NCBI GenBank assembly: GCA_007571095.1
Contig: RKSB01000122.1
Location: 1-27,931, forward strand
Direction: 5' to 3'
DNA: 27,931 nucleotides
Source of the DNA: K189A clade bacterium
Lineage (GTDB): Bacteria > Pseudomonadota > Gammaproteobacteria > Pseudomonadales > Azotimanducaceae
Shown here: positions 26,058-27,931 of the stretch, piece by piece
Numbering within the stretch: the first letter of the stretch is position 1
Layout of the letters: each line of letters begins with the position of its first letter
Translations under genes and position numbers: made by a program
The notes under the pieces: model-generated
Seen by the model: only the letters and a program-made list of their open reading frames with translations
Databases searched by the model: none
Told to the model about the DNA's origin: nothing

Positions 26058-27857
26058 GTGACGCCGCTTGACAAGATCCGCAATTTTTCCATCATCGCCC
26101 ACATCGATCATGGTAAATCTACTCTGGCGGATCGCTTTATCCAGATTTGTAACGCCCTGTCTGAACGGGAAATGCTGGACCAGGTGCTTGATTCCATGGA
26201 TATCGAAAGGGAGCGTGGAATTACCATCAAGGCCCAGAGCGTCGCACTCAGTTACCGATCCGAGAACGGAGAGATATACCACCTCAACCTGATTGATACG
26301 CCGGGGCATGTTGACTTTTCCTATGAAGTATCCCGGTCGCTTGCCGCCTGCGAAGGTGCACTTCTCGTGGTCGATGCCGCTCAGGGTATTGAGGCCCAGA
26401 CCGTGGCCAATTGTCTGGCCGCCATGGAGCAGGGCCTGGAAGTCATACCTGTCATCAACAAGGTTGATCTTCAGCAGGCCGACCCGAAAGCCGTCAAGCT
26501 GGATATTGAGGAGGTCATTGGGCTGGACGCTGCCTCGGCGATTGAAGTGAGTGCCAAAACCGGGTTTGGTGTTCAGCGAGTACTGGAGCAGCTCATTGAT
26601 CGTGTGCAGCCGCCGACTGGCAGCAATAGCTCTGCCCTGAGAGCCCTGATTATTGACTCCTGGTTTGATCGCTATCTGGGAGTGGTTTCTCTGGTGCGAG
26701 TGATGGATGGAATGCTCAAGGTGGGTGACCCTGTCATACCTGTCAGTACCGGAGAAACCCATCGAGTCGATCTGCTCGGCATCTGCACTCCTGAGCGCAA
26801 GCCGAAAGAATATCTGGGTACAGGCGAGGTTGGCTTTGTGGTCGCCGGCGTCAAGAACATTAATGGCGCGCCAGTCGGAGACACCCTGATCCACGCCCAA
26901 CACCCGAATACACTTGCACTGGCGGGTTTTGAGAAGATCAAACCGCAGGTTTACGCCGGACTTTTTCCGACTGACTCGGATTCGTTCAAAAGCTTTCGGG
27001 AGGCTCTGGGCAAACTGGCGTTGAATGACCCCGCTCTGGTATTCGAGCCGGAAACCTCAACAGCCCTTGGTTTCGGCTTCCGGTGCGGCTTTCTTGGATT
27101 GCTGCACATGGAAATTGTTCAGCAGAGGCTGGAGCGAGAATACGCCCTTGAGTTGATTACCACCTCTCCGACCGTCGTTTATCAGGTGCTGAAACGCAAT
27201 GGTGAACTGGTGAAGGAGAGCAATCCGGCCCTGTTACCTCCGCCCGAACAGATTCAGGAAATGCGCGAGCCGATGGCTCTGGTGACTATTCTGACACCCA
27301 AAGAATATGTCGGCGGCATCATGACCTTCTGTCTCGACCGCAGAGGCGAACAACGCAGCATGGACTACCTGGGCAGTCAGGTTTCAATGGTCTTTGTACT
27401 GCCCATGGCCGAGGTGATTTCGGAGTTGTTCAGCCGGTTAAAGGGCATCAGTCACGGCTATGCCAGTATGGACTATCATTTTTTATGCTTTCAGCAAGCC
27501 CCTCTGGTTCGCCTCAATATATTGATTAACGGCGAGAAAGTGGATGCATTGGCTCTGGTGGTGCACAAGGATCAGGCTCAAAGTCGTGGTCGGGCATTGG
27601 TTGAGAGAATGCAGGAAGTCATTCCTCGTCAGATGTTTGATGTTGCCATTCAGGCTGCTATCGGCAACCATGTCATTGCCAGAACCACGGTCAAGGCACT
27701 GAGAAAAAATGTTACTGCCAAGTGTTACGGCGGCGACATCACCAGAAAGAAGAAGCTGTTGGCCAAGCAGGCCGCCGGCAAAAAACGAATGAAGCAACTC
27801 GGCAGAGTCTCCATTCCCCAGGACGCATTTCTTGCCGTCCTGAGAATAGACGACTAG
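26058..27857 (+). CDS. lepA: Translation elongation factor 4 (LepA)
   Basis: [44 protein letters not shown]. Confidence 0.98.
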   Translation: MTPLDKIRNFSIIAHIDHGKSTLADRFIQICNALSEREMLDQVLDSMDIERERGITIKAQSVALSYRSENGEIYHLNLIDTPGHVDFSYEVSRSLAACEGALLVVDAAQGIEAQTVANCLAAMEQGLEVIPVINKVDLQQADPKAVKLDIEEVIGLDAASAIEVSAKTGFGVQRVLEQLIDRVQPPTGSNSSALRALIIDSWFDRYLGVVSLVRVMDGMLKVGDPVIPVSTGETHRVDLLGICTPERKPKEYLGTGEVGFVVAGVKNINGAPVGDTLIHAQHPNTLALAGFEKIKPQVYAGLFPTDSDSFKSFREALGKLALNDPALVFEPETSTALGFGFRCGFLGLLHMEIVQQRLEREYALELITTSPTVVYQVLKRNGELVKESNPALLPPPEQIQEMREPMALVTILTPKEYVGGIMTFCLDRRGEQRSMDYLGSQVSMVFVLPMAEVISELFSRLKGISHGYASMDYHFLCFQQAPLVRLNILINGEKVDALALVVHKDQAQSRGRALVERMQEVIPRQMFDVAIQAAIGNHVIARTTVKALRKNVTAKCYGGDITRKKKLLAKQAAGKKRMKQLGRVSIPQDAFLAVLRIDD

Positions 27858-27862
27858 TCGGC

Positions 27863-27931
27863 ATGGACGTGGATTTTTCTTTTTGGCTGACGCTGGCGAC
27901 GCTGGTCGTTTTCGTCCTCTGGTTGCTGGAT
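27863..27931 (+). CDS. lepB: Signal peptidase I, N-terminal fragment (cut by window end)
   Basis: ATG 5 bp after the lepA stop; MDVDFSFWLTLATLVVFVLWLLD fits the LepB first TM segment; lepA-lepB synteny. Confidence 0.7.
   Translation, partial: MDVDFSFWLTLATLVVFVLWLLD

Noticed and set aside
1-27931. CRISPR arrays, tRNA/rRNA genes, transposases, integrases
   Set aside because: No regularly spaced repeats, recognisable RNA genes or recombinase/transposase motifs seen.
21554-27931. rpoE-rseABC-degP-lepA-lepB block as a novel system
   Set aside because: Standard, well-described gammaproteobacterial arrangement.

Overview
Gammaproteobacterial chromosomal window (taxon inferred from the ygfZ-sdhE-ygfX-rpoE-rseABC-degP-lepA-lepB synteny) with three parts. 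(1) 1-2460: a hypothetical ORF, then a solitary ABC-ATPase-TOPRIM (OLD-like) nuclease gene, a candidate defence gene. (2) 2716-17462: a 12-gene membrane-lipid island resembling bacterial sphingolipid (ceramide) synthesis and export loci. It encodes a bCerS-like N-acyltransferase, a fatty acyl-AMP ligase, a CerR-like reductase, a DAGK/ceramide-kinase-like enzyme, a Tam41-like cytidylyltransferase, an NTP transferase, a metallophosphoesterase, two glycosyltransferase-like proteins (ELM1/GT-B and GT-A), an LptF/LptG pair and an MsbA-like exporter. No serine palmitoyltransferase, ACP or CDP-alcohol phosphotransferase is visible in the window. (3) 17551-27931: a MaoC pair plus SDR, then housekeeping genes and the sigmaE envelope-stress operon, with nadB absent from its usual position. 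All family calls come from motif recognition by eye; no database searches were run.
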